DNA from: Hemiscyllium ocellatum
Taxonomy: Eukaryota
Length of the DNA stretch: 64,000 nt
Reading direction: 5' to 3'
Assembly: GCF_020745735.1 (NCBI RefSeq)
Contig: NC_083406.1
Location: 16,182,001-16,246,000, forward strand
Part shown: positions 1-13,154 of the stretch, piece by piece
Layout of the letters: each line of letters opens with the position of its first letter
Numbering within the stretch: position 1 is the first letter of the stretch
Translations under genes and position numbers: made by a program
The notes under the pieces: model-generated
The model's input: the letters and a program-made list of their open reading frames with translations, nothing else
Databases searched by the model: none
Told to the model about the DNA's origin: nothing

Positions 1-127
1 AAGGGTGGGTTTGGATCAAGGTGGGATTTTAAGATGTCAATAATATCAAACCTGTGCTGAAGACATAAAACAAAAGGAGCTTCTTCATATCTTGGATTGA
101 TTTTCATTTATTTTACACATGTTCAAT

Positions 128-225
128 ATGCAAATTCTCAATTTAAGGAAATAATTTAAATAGTTCCATGATGCTCCGATTTGAGAATTTGCATCATGGA
201 ACTATTTAAATTATTTCCTTAAATT
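128..225. repeat. Perfect 35-bp inverted repeat interleaved with a 14-bp inverted repeat
   Basis: 140-174 is the exact reverse complement of 191-225; 128-141 is the exact reverse complement of 181-194. Confidence 0.95.
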
Positions 226-1299
226 AACTCTGTTATAATCCCATCCTGTTCTATTTCCCACCTCCTAAAGCTATGGGTTCCATTATTCAAGCTTTCCAAT
301 CTCAATTCCATTCCGAAAAGGAAGAAACAGCTTGCCTCTTTAACAACCTCAAGATGTCCCAGATACACAGCCAACAAATGACTTTTTGAAAGCTAGTCAC
401 TGTTATAATGTAGGACATGTGGAACGGGCCAGTCTGCAATAGCAGGTCAGGGACAATTCCTTACACTGGAGGACCAGTAGGTACTGGGTGGACTGCATTG
501 ATGGTTCTCCAGCCACAGCTGATAGTTGTCCTGAGGTGGGGTGTGCATTCCAGGGAACAGACTGTAGAGTGTAAACTCCTCCACCATAGGGCAGCTCAAG
601 TCTAATGCTCCTCGGATCCTGCTCCTCGGATGCTGCCTGACCTGCTGTGCTTTTCCAGCACCACTCTAATCTTAGCTCAAGACCAATGCGAACAAACCCA
701 CTCCACCTCTCTCCAGACGATCTTTACAATGGCACATTCCAAAGGAGGGAGACACCACCTTCCCCATCACCTCGAGGACAATATGTGGTGGGACTGGGAC
801 TCAGGGCATGTAGGAAGGATCTAAGGGGAAGGGGCTTTCTTATCTCTAGCCAAGCCAAATCCTGATCCTTGTTAAATTCTGTTAATGAGGCACTTTGCCA
901 AACAGTTATGTGCTAAAGATGGACTAAAGCTTGGGGCAGCTGCTGCAGAGGCAAAATTAGAATAGGCTGTCTTCTAAGGCCTTTCAGACATAGTACACAG
1001 TCATACAGCCATAGGACTGGAAACAGTAGAAGTCCAGGCAAGGAATTTACATTGTGGCTATCAAGGATGTTAAAATTGTACTGAGATATCTCAAAATGAA
1101 ACAGTTAACTTCTGCTGCACTTTCTGTAGTTAAATGAGTTTGCCCTGCTATGAATATTGTAAATATTACAGATGCACAGCATGGAAACAGACCCTTCGGT
1201 CCAACACATCCATGCCAACCAGGTATCCTAATCTATTCTAATCCCATTTACAGCTACACCAGTTAAATTTTGTCCCACCTCAAGTAATTCTCAAGTCAA

Positions 1300-1645
1300 A
1301 ATAATTTGGAATGTTATGAAGAATATATTCATTGGAGAAATGCAGAACCTTCAACTTATTCTCAGCAAGCTCCCACAAGCAGCAATGGAATCAACAATTG
1401 TTGACAATGACATTGTTTAAAGGATAAATATGGATCAAAACGCGAAAAACCACTCTCCTATCCTTCTTCTAACATTGATATAGGACCGTTACATTTACCT
1501 CAGAGGGCAGATGGAGTCTCGACTGAACACCTGATCTGACAATGCAGTACTGCCTCAGGGTTGCAATGAAGCCTCAGCCTTGAGTTTATGCTCAAGGCTC
1601 TTGAATCAAACTTGAACCTACAACCTTCTGATCCAAAGCTGCGTA
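1300..1645 (-). mobile_element. Old Deu-domain (SacSINE1-like) SINE, degenerate
   Basis: Reverse complement of the motif series ...GAGGNAGTGCTGCA...TCTGCCCTC...ATATTTATCCT... seen in other copies in the window. Confidence 0.55.
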
Positions 1646-2780
1646 CTCTACCCAGTTAAAACCAACTTTGAGGCTGTAACTACCAGAAACACTTCAGAGT
1701 TCTAGCATAACACTTGTTGATTGGCATCAAGCTGCATTAAGAATGGTCAGGTAATGAAGAGCTCCAAATTGTTTGCTTAAGAAATCGAAAGAAACAGTCC
1801 CTGGGCAGAAACTTTCATACCTGGAGCCAGCCAGATGCAAAGTAAAAGGAAGATGCACACAGAACATAAATAAATTCTTAGTTCTCCATATCAGTCCTCC
1901 ATTCACCTCCATTCCTTTCCAGGTGTATAAGGAAAAATTATGAGCGTATCATTTACAAATCTGACACATGCACAGTGTAGGAGGTTAGGATTTATTATAC
2001 CGGAAAGTCTACCCCAATTGATCTTGCAAAGGTAAAGTATCTCAAATATTTGAACAACAGGTTCAGCAAACCCCTTCATAATTCTACTCTCCAGTGCCCA
2101 TGAGTAACAATTTCCACGAACTGGCTGCCGCCATTAGACCAAATAATGTCTGCCAACTGCAAGTCTGTGGAAGGCTAGACATGAACTTCAGTGCCAAATG
2201 TCCGGCACAGCAGCTGTATCTCCTTGTCATTGGTTGATTAAACCAAACAGCACTCTCCTTAATTGTTCATGAAGAAACAGAGTATGGAGCATATTTAGCT
2301 GCAGCCAGCCATGGTTAGAAAGCATCTATTGTTAGACGTATTCTGTGATTGGACAGCCCTTGCTGAACAATCCTGGGTGTGCTCACAGCTTCACTTAGAA
2401 CCTATTTAAGATAATCAGTTGAGTTTGTAAGATGGTTCATGCTGAAACAACATATAGTAACATGAAGGGAGAAAACAGAAGGGATACGTTTACGTTTCAT
2501 ACATTTTTAAAAGATTATCCAAGACCTTGGACAACCAACCGGACTTGATAGCCTTCTCCATGGAAAAGCCTCAGCAAATAGTAATCTATTCTCCTGTAGA
2601 ACATATTTTCAAGGTCATTTGAAATTTAATATTCTCTTTCTTGTCCTAATAAGTACAAAACAAAAATCTTCGACAAACTGGCTCTCCTTACAACAACATT
2701 CACATTCTATAATAACAAGTGATTGTTCACATACAGAGTGTTTGAATACCACAGAACAGCAGGGATAAGAAATTCCCCAA

Positions 2781-3226
2781 ACAGTCTAAGTCCCTGTCGA
2801 ACAGCAAGTAGATCTTCAGGATCGATCAGTCTAACAGCCTGTCGAACAGCAAGTGGATCTCCAGGGTCGATCAGTCTAACGTCCTGTCAGAAAGCAAGTA
2901 GATCTCCAGGGTCGATCAGTCTAATGTCCTGTCAAACAGCAAGTGGATCTCCAGGGTCGATCAGTCTAATGTCCTGTCGAACAGCAAATGGATCTCCAGA
3001 GTAGATCAGTCTAACATCCTGTCAAACAGCAAGTGGATCTCCAGGGTCGATCAGTCTAATGTCCTGTCGAACAGCAAGTGGATCTCCACGGTTGATCAGT
3101 CTAACGTCCTGTCGAACAGCAAATAGATCTCCAGAGTCAAACAGTCTAACGTCCTGTCAAACAGCAAGTAAATCTCCAGGGTCGATCAGTCTAACGGCCC
3201 GTCGAACAGCAAGTGGATCTCCAGGA
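2781..3226. repeat. 45-bp minisatellite, ~10 copies
   Basis: CAGTCTAA recurs every 45 bp (2782, 2827 ... 3187). Unit: CAGTCTAACGTCCTGTCGAACAGCAAGTGGATCTCCAGGGTCGAT. Confidence 0.95.
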
Positions 3227-3554
3227 TGTTAGCCTGAAATCGGAGTTTGCAGTGTGATGCTATTGGGTGCTCCATGGTTTGGTCGGGGTTTCCATGGTTT
3301 CAAAGATGCTGCCTGTACTTCGGGTGCTCACGTCGGCCATGCACTGCCTGTATTCCATTCAGGGTTGGCATCATGATCCGGGGCAGTGTGAAGCCTGGTC
3401 ACTGTGATAGTGGGAGTAGGGGGGAGGGGGGACTCTTCCCCCCATTTTAATTCCTGGATTAGGTGTTGGAAGAAATCCCAGCTCTGCAAACTCAACTTTT
3501 AAAAATGGTCATTCGGCATTTCCATTTTCGATCCAGAATCTGGATTTTTTTTAA

Positions 3555-3859
3555 GAATTAGATTCCCTACAGCGTGGGAGCAAGCCCTATGGCCCAACAA
3601 GTTCACACCGACCCTTCGAAGAGTAACCCACCCAGATCGAGTCCCCTATCCTATATGCATCTAACCTACTCATCCCCGAACACTACTTCCCATGACCAAT
3701 TCAGCTAACCTGCACTTCCTCGGAATGTGAGAGGAAACCCACACAGACACGGGGACAATGTGCAAACTCCACACAGAAAATCGCCCGAGGCGGGAATCAA
3801 ACCCGGGTCCCTGGCGCTGTGAGGCAGCAGTGCTAACCACTGAGTCAGCCGTGCCACCC
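3555..3859 (-). mobile_element. HE1/V-SINE (tRNA-derived)
   Basis: Reverse complement of the GGGTGGCACGG..CAGTGGTTAGCACTGCTGCCTCACAG head, V-domain GTGTGGAGTTTGCACATT and AATCT tail. Confidence 0.85.
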
Positions 3860-4369
3860 CGATTTGTATTGGAGCACCGGACTATCAGTGACAGTGACCC
3901 AGAAAAAACAGAGGAAACCTCTGGTTGCCAAGGTGTGCTGGCAAATTATCATTTGAAAACTAAAAATTATAATTAAAGAAGTAAAAATTAAACATTCCTC
4001 CAGCCCTCACCTCCACACACTGCCCATGCTTTATCTATGCCACCTGGTGTCCTTTATCCATCTCCTATGGTCTCTCAGACCCCCAATGCCAACATATCGC
4101 CTACCTCCACCCATCAGTTTTTCCCCTTTTCGCCTACTGTGCCAATCCATCTAGTATTCCCAAGGCACACATGAGAATAAATAAAGTTCACTTAATCTTC
4201 TATATTGCTGACTGTGGTCTAGCAAGAAAACACTCCCATTCATAAAAACACAGTTTGGCAGATGTTGACAGTTCCAAGTATTTCACACACACTTTATATG
4301 AAATCTCCTCCAGAGGTAACAATCCCAGAAGACATTTGATGCTCTCAAATGATCCCTGAGCCCCATTTG

Positions 4370-5468
4370 CCCAAGGTGGCCTGGGACTCCACCAGATGGC
4401 CTCCTTCTTTAGAGATCGCAATTTCCCTTCCCACGTGGTTAAAGATGCCCTCCAACGCATCTCGTCCACATCCCGCACCTCCGCCCTCAGACACCACCCC
4501 TCCAACCGAAACAAGGACAGAACACCCTGGTGCTCACCTTCCACCCTACCAACCTTCGCACAAACAAAATCATCCGCCGACATTTCCACCACCTCCAAAC
4601 AGACCCCACCACCAGGAATATATTTCCCTCCCCAGCCTTTTCCGCCTTCCGCAAAGACCATTTCCTCCATGACTACCTGGTCAGGTCCATTCCTCCCAAT
4701 AACCCACCCACCCGTCCTTGCACCTTCCCCTGCCACCGCAGGAATTGCAAAACCTGCGCCCACACCTCCTCCCCTCACCTCCATCCAAAGCCCCAAAGGG
4801 GCATTCCATATTCAGCAAAGTTTTACCTGCACATCCACTAATATCATTTATTGTATCCGTTGCTCCCGATGCGGTCTCCTCTACACTGGGGAGACTGGAC
4901 TTTAGGGAACATCTCTGGACCCGCACCAATCAACCACACCGCCCTGTGGCCCAACATTTCAACTCCCTCTCCCACTCTGCCGAGGACATGGAGATCCTAA
5001 GCCTCCTTCACCACCGCTCCCTCACCACCCGATGCCTGGAGGAAGAACGCCTCATCTTCCGCCTCGGAATACTTCAACCCCAGTGCATCAATGTGGACTT
5101 CAACAGCTTCCTCAGTTCCCCTTCCCCCACCTCACCCCAGTTCCAAACTTTCAGCTCAGCACTGTCCCCATGACTTGTCCTACCTGCCTATCTTCTTTTC
5201 CACCTATCCACTCCACTCTCCCCCCGACCTATCACCTTCATCCCTACCCCCACTCACCTACTGTACTCTATGCTACTTTCTCCTCACCCCCACCTTCCTC
5301 TCATTTACCTCTCCACCCTGCAGGCACTCTGCCTTTATTCCTGATGAAGGTCTTTTGCCCGAAACGTCGATTTTCCTGCTCCTCAGATGCTGCCTGACCT
5401 GCTCTGCTTTTCCAGCACCACTCTAATCTAGAATCTGGTTTCCAGCATCTGCCGTCCTTGTTTTTACC
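4370..5468 (+). mobile_element. 5'-truncated Penelope-like element (Neptune-type): RT C-terminus, Cys linker, GIY-YIG endonuclease, 3' pLTR
   Basis: Frameshifted peptides MASFFRDRNFP..., LTFHP..., FPCHRRNCKTC, FTCTSTNIIYCIRCSRCGLLYTGET, FREHL...VAQHFNS. Hammerhead core at 5341-5368. Confidence 0.88.
5338..5372 (+). ncRNA. Minimal hammerhead ribozyme motif in Penelope 3' repeat
   Basis: CTGATGA-A-GGTC(TTTT)GCCC-GAAA-CG-TC. Core intact, one stem II mismatch, very short stem I. Confidence 0.6.
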
Positions 5469-6424
5469 ACTATTATCAGAGGGTCACCTGATCTGTTCAA
5501 AAGGGGTATCCTGGCTATCAAAAAGATAACTTGCTGATAGCTTGGTAATGCCTCGACACTCCAGGTTCCAGAATCCTGGACCTCCCAATTTGAGTGGAGG
5601 CATCTGGTCACTGAACCAGCCTGCTACCATGATGAAATGTGTATGTATAAACCTCAGACTGCCCCCAAACGCCACCCCATTCAAAAAATGAGTCATTCCA
5701 GGACAGTGGCAGATCAGTGATGTACTCTTGGAGCATTGATCTTGTCTTTACCCTCTCTTTTCAGCTGCTCAGAAACATCCCTCAGCAACCACAGTAGTTC
5801 TGCATGTGGTTGCACCTTGATAGTTTAAGCATCCGCTGTGTTTCTGATTGTAGACTGAGGTAGCTTTAAGGACAGAAACTCCAATGGCAAGCTCATGATG
5901 GAATGTCAGTGTTTGTAACCGTAACAAGTGCTTGTTCACAACAACCACTCTGTATCTTCAATCGGCCTGATCTTTAAGAAGTATGAAATGGTCATTGGGC
6001 TATTCATAACAGAATGAGCTGATCCAGAGATTTACAGGTTGTCCAGAGCAGTGACCGGAATTTTGATGTTTGATATTTGGTTATGCTGTGGCCTCTGTTA
6101 GGTACGACATTCCAAGGTACCTCCTGGTCTGAGGCTTGAGTGTATATAGTCCATGGATTGCAGGCAGAGCAGTTTGCTTTGTTACTTATATATGTCCTCA
6201 GATTCAGATAGTGCTGGGGCTGTACCAGGACCTCCAGTTTGGTGGCATTGCTCGAAGAGTGTTACACACTCAGGACTCCACCAGGGGATGTACTGCTCAG
6301 TGAAACCTCAAAGGCTGTTCTTCTTCAGCTAAAGCAGGACCACCAGCTGGTGTCAGGAGCCATGTGCTGAATGGTTCTCACCTGTTCCACAGGAAATCCA
6401 GGCCATTTGACAGACAGTAGTTCC

Positions 6425-6792
6425 ACCTTGGAGGTGCGCCTTGGGACCCCCCCGACCACATGGGATTCAACATCAATTCCACCGCTTTCCTCATCTCCCC
6501 TCCCCCCCAACCATATCCCAGCTCCAACCCTCCAACATGGCACTGCCTTCTTGAACAGTCCCACCTGTCCATCTTCCTTCCCACCGATCCACTCCACCCT
6601 CCACTCTGACCTATCACCATCTCCCCCACCTTCATCTACCTCTCGCATACCCAGCTACCTAATCCCCAGCTCCCCTCCCCGCCAACATTCCTGATAAAGG
6701 GCTTACCCTTGACTCTCTGATGCTGCCTGGTTGGTTGTGCTTTTCCAGCACCATGCTTTTTGACTCTGATCTCCAGTAGTCCTCACTTTCTC
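6425..6792 (+). mobile_element. Penelope-like 3' fragment, degenerate
   Basis: Similar to 5050-5460 (RLGT..P, pyrimidine-rich UTR, GATGCTGCCTG...TTTTCCAGCACCA...GTCCTCACTTTCTC). Confidence 0.75.
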
Positions 6793-6904
6793 ATATCTCT
6801 CACCCCGCTGACCGGTTGATGTAAAATTATGTCGGAATCCTGTGAGGAAAATTTGTGCCAAGTGTACAGATACGTCCTCACTGTTTGATGTAGGCAATCA
6901 GGAG

Positions 6905-7515
6905 GTTCTTATTGACCAGAAACAGAACTGGACCAGTCAAATGTTCTGACTGCAAGAGCAGGTGAAAGGTTGGGAATTCGGTGATGAGACTCCCCAAAGC
7001 CTGTCTATCATCCATCAGAGTCAAGTCAGGGCTGTGCTAGAGTGTTCTCCATTTGCCTGGATGAGTGCAGCTCCAACAACATTCAGCAGGTTAAAGACAA
7101 AACACTTGCTTATTTGCTACCCTAGCCACCAAGATCAACGCGCAGTCCCCCCCACCAGCGACGCGGTGGCTGTGGTGAGTACCATTTACAAGATGCACTG
7201 CCGCAAATCACCACGGCTCTCCCGACAACACTGTCCAAATTTGTGACCTCCTTCACCAAGGGGGACAGGGGAAGCAGATGCAATGGAAACACCGCTGCCT
7301 TCAAAGTCTCCTGCAAATCACACACCAGCCTTTACCGCCATTCCTTCACCGTGATCAGATCAAAACCCCGGAGCCCCCTGACTGTGGGTGAACTATCACC
7401 CCATGGACTGCAGGGGTTCAATGAAATAGTTCACCACAATCTTCTCCAGAGCGCTTAGGCGTAGGCAATAAATGCTGGTCTCGATAGCAACAACCACATC
7501 CCATGAATGAATTTT
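6905..7515 (+). mobile_element. CR1/L2-group LINE 3' fragment (tail ...CCACATCCCATGAATGAAT)
   Basis: Decayed RT C-terminus (QVRAVLECSPFAWMSAAPTT). Same 3' tail as copies at 15055-15700 and 54310-55390. Confidence 0.7.
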
Positions 7516-8580
7516 AAAATATCACGCAGCTTAAGAAAGGTTATAATTACTACGCCAATCCAATTTTTGTGAATGCAATGTAAAAATGATTAAATCGTGT
7601 CATATTACGTACCAGAATGACTTCATCATCAGTAACCTCCCTGAACTGCATGTATTTTGGAGAATGATTTTGTGTTTTATAGTGCTTGCCAAATATAACC
7701 CAGCTCAAAGCACTATTTCCCCACCATTATGTTCCAGAGGCGACTGAACTGTTTTCGAGGGTCATGTGCTCTGCACATTAAAAAGCAAGGCTCTTGCAGG
7801 CTCAGAGTAGAATGCATCAATAAGGGCAGTGTTCATTTCCCTTATCCCGCTACAGCACTCTGGGTTATCGCCAACACCACCACCAACCCCCCCTCCCCAC
7901 CCCCAGGGGACCAGCTCCCAATTAAATGCCGCATTCATGAGCAGAACAGCAACAGTCGCAGGAGAGGGAAAACAAAACTGCATTCAACTTCAATAAGGAG
8001 ATTTAACAGCAAAGTGTCAGAGAGAGAGAGAGAGAGAGAGACAGAGAAAGGAAAAGGTCCTTCCTTTATCAAACGTAACCCATACAGGAAATGATGAACA
8101 ATGAAAGGAATTTTAGTAAGATTCCAGATGTACCAAATCACCAATCCTGTAACAAGAACAGCAAACTAAAAAAGATCTCAAACTGCTACATAGCAAAACA
8201 CAAACAAAATGCTAATGAGCCTGGGATAATGAGGTGAAACCTTGGAATTACTTCTGCTGCTTTTTATGCTGCCAACAGCATTTCAGTGTCCAAACCTCCC
8301 TCCCATTTCACAATACTTTGTTTTCCAGGGTGGTCATTGAGCAAAGAAATGACAGTTCTACTTATAGAGCCCATACAGCTCCCTCACAAGGTCTTACTTT
8401 CCGAGCAAGACCTGTTAAGCTGCTGCAAAGCATCAATGGAAAACTCCAATGATGCTGGAACTTAGCAGCAATAAACAAGACATGACAGTACAGATTCCAT
8501 AACAAAATCACATCTTGAGAATGAATTTGATGGAGAAACACAGGCATTCATGCCAAGATTTGGCACTTCACTGTCTGTCC

Positions 8581-8908
8581 AGGCATGGTGGCTCAGTGGT
8601 TAGCACTACTGCCTCACAGCACCAGGGACCCAGGTTTGATTTCAGCCCCAGTGAGTATCTGTGTGGAGTTTGCACTTTCTCCCCGTGTCTGCGTGGGCTT
8701 CCTCCAGGTGCTCCGGGTTCCTCCCACAGTCCAAAGATGTGCAGGTTAGGTGAATTGGCCATGCTAAATTGCCCGTAGTGTGAGGTGCATTAGTCAGGGG
8801 TAAATTCAGGATAGGGGATTGGGTCTGGGTGGGTTACTCTTCGGAGGATCAGTGTGGACTTGTTGGGCGGAAGGAACTGTTTCCACACTGTAGGGAATCT
8901 AATCTAAT
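8581..8908 (+). mobile_element. HE1/V-SINE
   Basis: tRNA-like head, V-domain, CR1-derived 3' end, (AATCT)n tail. Confidence 0.9.
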
Positions 8909-9019
8909 CCCTTAATTATACCAGGCCAGGTCATCTTGAAGTACTGCAGTTCCAGAACTGAAGGTGCTCCAAATATGTTGTAGGAGTTTAATACAACTTT
9001 GCTCAGACCTTTCTGAGAA

Positions 9020-9186
9020 CAAAAAAAATACAACGATGTGGAAATCTGAAGCAAAGACAGAAATTGCTGGAGAAACTCAGTGGATCTGACAGCATCTGTT
9101 GAGAGACAGAATTGTTGACACTGCTTTCTTTCAACAAATGCTGCTGGACCTGCTGAGTTCCTCTAGCAATTTCTGTTTTTTCTTCT
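9020..9186. mobile_element. Old fold-back Penelope-derived mini-element
   Basis: ACAGAAATTGCTGGAGAAACTCAG...CAGCATCTGTTGA arm and its inverted partner TCAACAAATGCTG...CTGAGTTCCTCTAGCAATTTCTGT. Confidence 0.6.
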
Positions 9187-9222
9187 GGGAACAGTTAACC
9201 ACAAGGATGTGGGGCTGGAATG

Positions 9223-9245
9223 ATATATATATGTGTGTATATATA

Positions 9246-9276
<31 letters not shown>
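9223..9276. repeat. (TA)n/(TG)n microsatellite
   Basis: Direct reading. Confidence 0.95.
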
Positions 9277-10010
9277 GTCCAAAATGATTCAGAAGAGCGG
9301 GGATAGCTTCCCTCAGGGGAACTACTGAATCTTTGGGGTATTAGTGACCATCTGATCGCTGTATCATCACTTCAAGTGAGATCAACTTTTTATTTCAAGA
9401 GTTTTAAAAACTGAGTTCAAATCCTCAGAGTGCCCCGGAGGTTCTGAGTTCATTCATAGTCTCTGGGTAGAGGCTCAGTAACATCGACAAGACGTATTCA
9501 CGCAGACACACCGGCTGAAGCTAGGAATGTCTTCAGTAATAAGAAGCTGTCTTTAGTCTGAGATTAAGCAGTAACAGAAAGAGATCACTTCAGTCTGGGT
9601 TTTTAATCTTGTAAGTTCCCAGGCAACAGACAGGCAAATACATGTTATTAATAGGCAGGGAGAATGGCTATTTGTTCACACCCAAATCAGCACACAAACC
9701 TCACAGCACACAGGCCAGCTCACCATTCTGCCTTCAAAGTTGCCAGTGCCCCAAATGAGACAACCTCTATAACCGGCATTTTCCAAACCAGTACAGGGTG
9801 GAATCCAGTCCACTTCACCAAGACAGCACGGGATGCAGCAGCCATGGCCCACTGCACTCACAGTGGTCCTAACAAGAAAACTCTGTTTTGCACAGACTGG
9901 ACTAGAATCAGATCCATTATGCAAAAATTTGAGATTCAGCCCGAATCCAGAGGCTGAAATTCAGGAAAACATCCTGGGCAGTATTGAGAAAAGGCAGGAA
10001 TGTTGGAAAC

Positions 10011-11474
10011 TCATTACTGAAGGAGTGCTGCACTGTTGCAGGGTCAGTACCAAAGGATGCTGCACTGTTGCAGGGTCAGTACCAATGGATTGCTGCACTG
10101 TTGCAGGATCAGTACGAAAGGAGTGCTGCACTGTTGCAAGGTCAGTACTGAGGAGTGCTGCACTGTTGCAGGGTCAGTACTGAAGGAGTGCTGCACTGTT
10201 GCAAGGTCAGTACTGAGGAGTGCTGCACTGTTGCAAGGTCAGTACTGAAGGAGTGTTGCACTGTTGCAGGGTCAGTACTGAAGTAGTGGTGCACTGTTGC
10301 AAGGTCAGTACCGAAGGAATGCTGCACTGTTGCAGGGTCAGTACCAAAGGAGTGCTGCACTGTTGCAGGGTCAGTACTGAAGGAGTGCTGCACTGTTGCA
10401 GGGTCAGTACTGAAGGAGTGCTGTAATGTTGCAAGGTCAGTGCCGAAGGAGTGCTGCACTGTTGCAGGGTCAGTACTGAAGGAGTGGTGCACTGTTGCAA
10501 GGACAGTACCGAAGGAATGCTGCACTGTTGCAGGGTCGGTACCAAAGGAGTGCTGCACTGTTGCAAGGTCGGTACTGAAGGAGTGATGCACTGTTGCAGG
10601 GTCAGTACCAAAGGAGTGCTGCACTGTTGCAGGGTCAGTACTGAAGGAGTGCTGTACTGTTGCAGGGTCAGTACTGAAGGAATGCTGCACTGTTGCAAGG
10701 TCAGTGCCGAAGGAGTGCTGCACTGTTGCAGGGTCAGTACTGAAGGAGTGGTGCACTGTTGCAAGGACAGTACCGAAGGAATGCTGCACTGTTGCAGGGT
10801 CGGTACCAAAGGAGTGCTGCACTGTTGCAAGGTCGGTACTGAAGTAGTGCTGCACTGTTGCAGGGTCTGTACTGAAGGAGTGCTGTAATGTTGCAGGGTC
10901 AGTACTGAAGGAGTGGTGCACTGTTGCAGGGTCAGTACTGAAGGAGTGCTGCACTTGTGCAGGGTCAGTACTGAAGGAGTGCTGCACTGTTGCAGGGTCA
11001 GTACTGAAGGAGTGCTGCACTTGTGCAGGGTCAGTAACGATGAAGTGCTGTGTTGTTGCAGGGTCCGTACTGAAGGAGTGCTGTACTGTTGCAGGGTCAG
11101 TACTGAAGGGGTGCTGCACTGCTGCAGGGTCAGTACTGAAGGAGTGCTGCACTGTTGCAGGGTCAGTACCAAAGGAGTGTTGCACTGTTGCAGGGTCAGT
11201 ATCAAAGGAGTGCTGCACTGTTGCAGGGTCAGTAACGATGGAGTGCTGTGTTGTTGCAGGATCCATACTGAAGGAGTGTTGTATTGTTTCAGGGTCAGTA
11301 CCAAAGGAGTGCTGTACTGTTGCAGGGTCAGTACTGAAGGGGTGCTGCATTCTTGCAGGGTCAGTACCAATGGAGTGCTGCACCGATGCAGGGTCAGAAC
11401 TGAAGGAGTGCTACATTGCTGCAGGGTCAGTACCAAAGGAGTGCTGCAATGTTGCAGGATCAGTACCAAAGGAC
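10011..11474. repeat. 33-bp minisatellite array 1 (~44 units)
   Basis: Unit GTCAGTACTGAAGGAGTGCTGCACTGTTGCAGG. It produces the 11-aa repeat ORFs in the track. Confidence 0.97.
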
Positions 11475-11477
11475 TGC

Positions 11478-11665
11478 TCCCCCACTCACCCATTGTACTC
11501 TATGCTACGTTCCCCCCACCCCCACCCTCCTCTAGCTTATCTCTCCACGCTTCAGGCTCACTGCCTTTATTCTTGATGAAGTGCTTTTGCCCGAAACGTC
11601 GATTTCGCTGCACTTTGGATGCTGCCTGAACTGCTGTGCTCTTCCAGCACCACTGATCCAGAACC
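11478..11665 (+). mobile_element. Penelope-like 3' fragment with mutated hammerhead core
   Basis: Matches 5245-5430; TTGATGAAGTGCTTTTGCCCGAAACGTC. Confidence 0.8.
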
Positions 11666-13154
11666 AAGACAGCTAAAGGCATGGCTACTGGTGATGAAAT
11701 GATTACAGTCAATGACACTGAAGAGATAAAAATTTGAGGATCACCGGGATTTATGAAGGTTGTATGTGACAGTGGAGGTTACAGAAGTTGGGTACAAGCC
11801 CTGGCAGGATTGTAAAGGAGCAGCGGCAATGGCCGAGTGGTGTTGTTGCTGGACTGTTAGTCCAGAGACCCAGGCAATGTTCTGGGGACCTGGGTTCGAA
11901 TCCCACCATGGCAGGTGGCAGAGGATGTCCTGGATGGTGTCAAGCTTCTTGAGGATTGTTGGAGTTGCACCCATCAGACAAGTGGGGAGTACTCCAACAC
12001 ACTCTTGACTTGTACTCTGTAGATGATACACAGCACCTTTAACAATTTAAAGTTCTCCATGGAGTTTCCCTGGAGCCTTAGTTCCCTGGAATTAAGGGTC
12101 CGATGATGAGCATGGATCCATTGCCAATTGTTGGAAAGGGCAACCCATCTAGTTCACTAATCCCCTTTAGGGAAGGAAGCTGCCATCCTTACTTGGTCTG
12201 GCCTAAATGTGACTTCAGACCCACAGCAATGAGATGAACTGCTTTCTGGACAATGAGGGATGGGTAATAAATACTGACTAGCCAGTGATACCCTCACCCC
12301 ACGAATGAATAAATAAGAAAAGCATGGATGAGAATTTTTAAGTTGGTGTGGTAATAAAAGTATTGTTCTACACTGGATCATTTACATTTATCTGACGGGT
12401 ACCTTTCTTTATGTGTATGTTGAATCTCCAAGGTGCATAAATGATCAGGTAATGTATTTTGTTGGGGTTAGTTAAGGGATAAGTATTGGCCAGGACAAGA
12501 GGTGAACTCTCTGGTACTTCTTTGAAATAATGTCAGAGACTAATATCTGCTTGAGAGGACGTATTGCTTTGGTTTTAATGTCTCATTCAAAATAGCACTT
12601 TGTTCACCTCAGGACTTCTCAAATGGTTTTAAAACCAATTGTGTTCTTTCTGCCTTTCTTCTAAATACCAAGAAAGCAGCCAGTTTCTGCAAATGACGTC
12701 TCATCATAAGCAATGAAATAATGAAAAAATTGTATGTTTTATTCAGATGGTTTAAGGTGTAAATAGTGCCCACGCTGATGGGGAAAACTACCTGCTTCTC
12801 TTCCAATTAGTGAAGTAAGATCCTTTTATGTCGACCTGAGAGGCCAGAGAGGGCCGTTTTGTTTAGTTTTATGACATCAGCAAATTTGGAAATATACCTG
12901 ATTGCCTTATCCAAGCTGTAGCTAAATATCGTGAACAGTTGCGGCCCAAGAAATGATCCTTATGGTAGGTGCCTTGTCACTGCCTTTCACTTTGAAGATG
13001 ACTTCCTTTGTTTAAAATTTGAATTTTGTAGTTGTCGCTGGTCAGATTGGCATTTATTACCCATCCCTAATTGCCCAGAGGCAGTTAAAAATCAACCACA
13101 TGTTGTTGTGGGTTTGGAGTCCAGAATGTTCCTCCCTGAAAGGACATAAGGGAA

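Noticed and set aside
2723-3004. 93-aa Ser-rich repeat ORF
   Set aside because: Translation of the 45-bp minisatellite, broken by a stop within the array; no splice or Kozak support.
5500-6370. Possible decayed L1/Tx1-like coding remnant (also ~29660-30430)
   Set aside because: It looks repeat-derived, but no diagnostic motif could be read with confidence.
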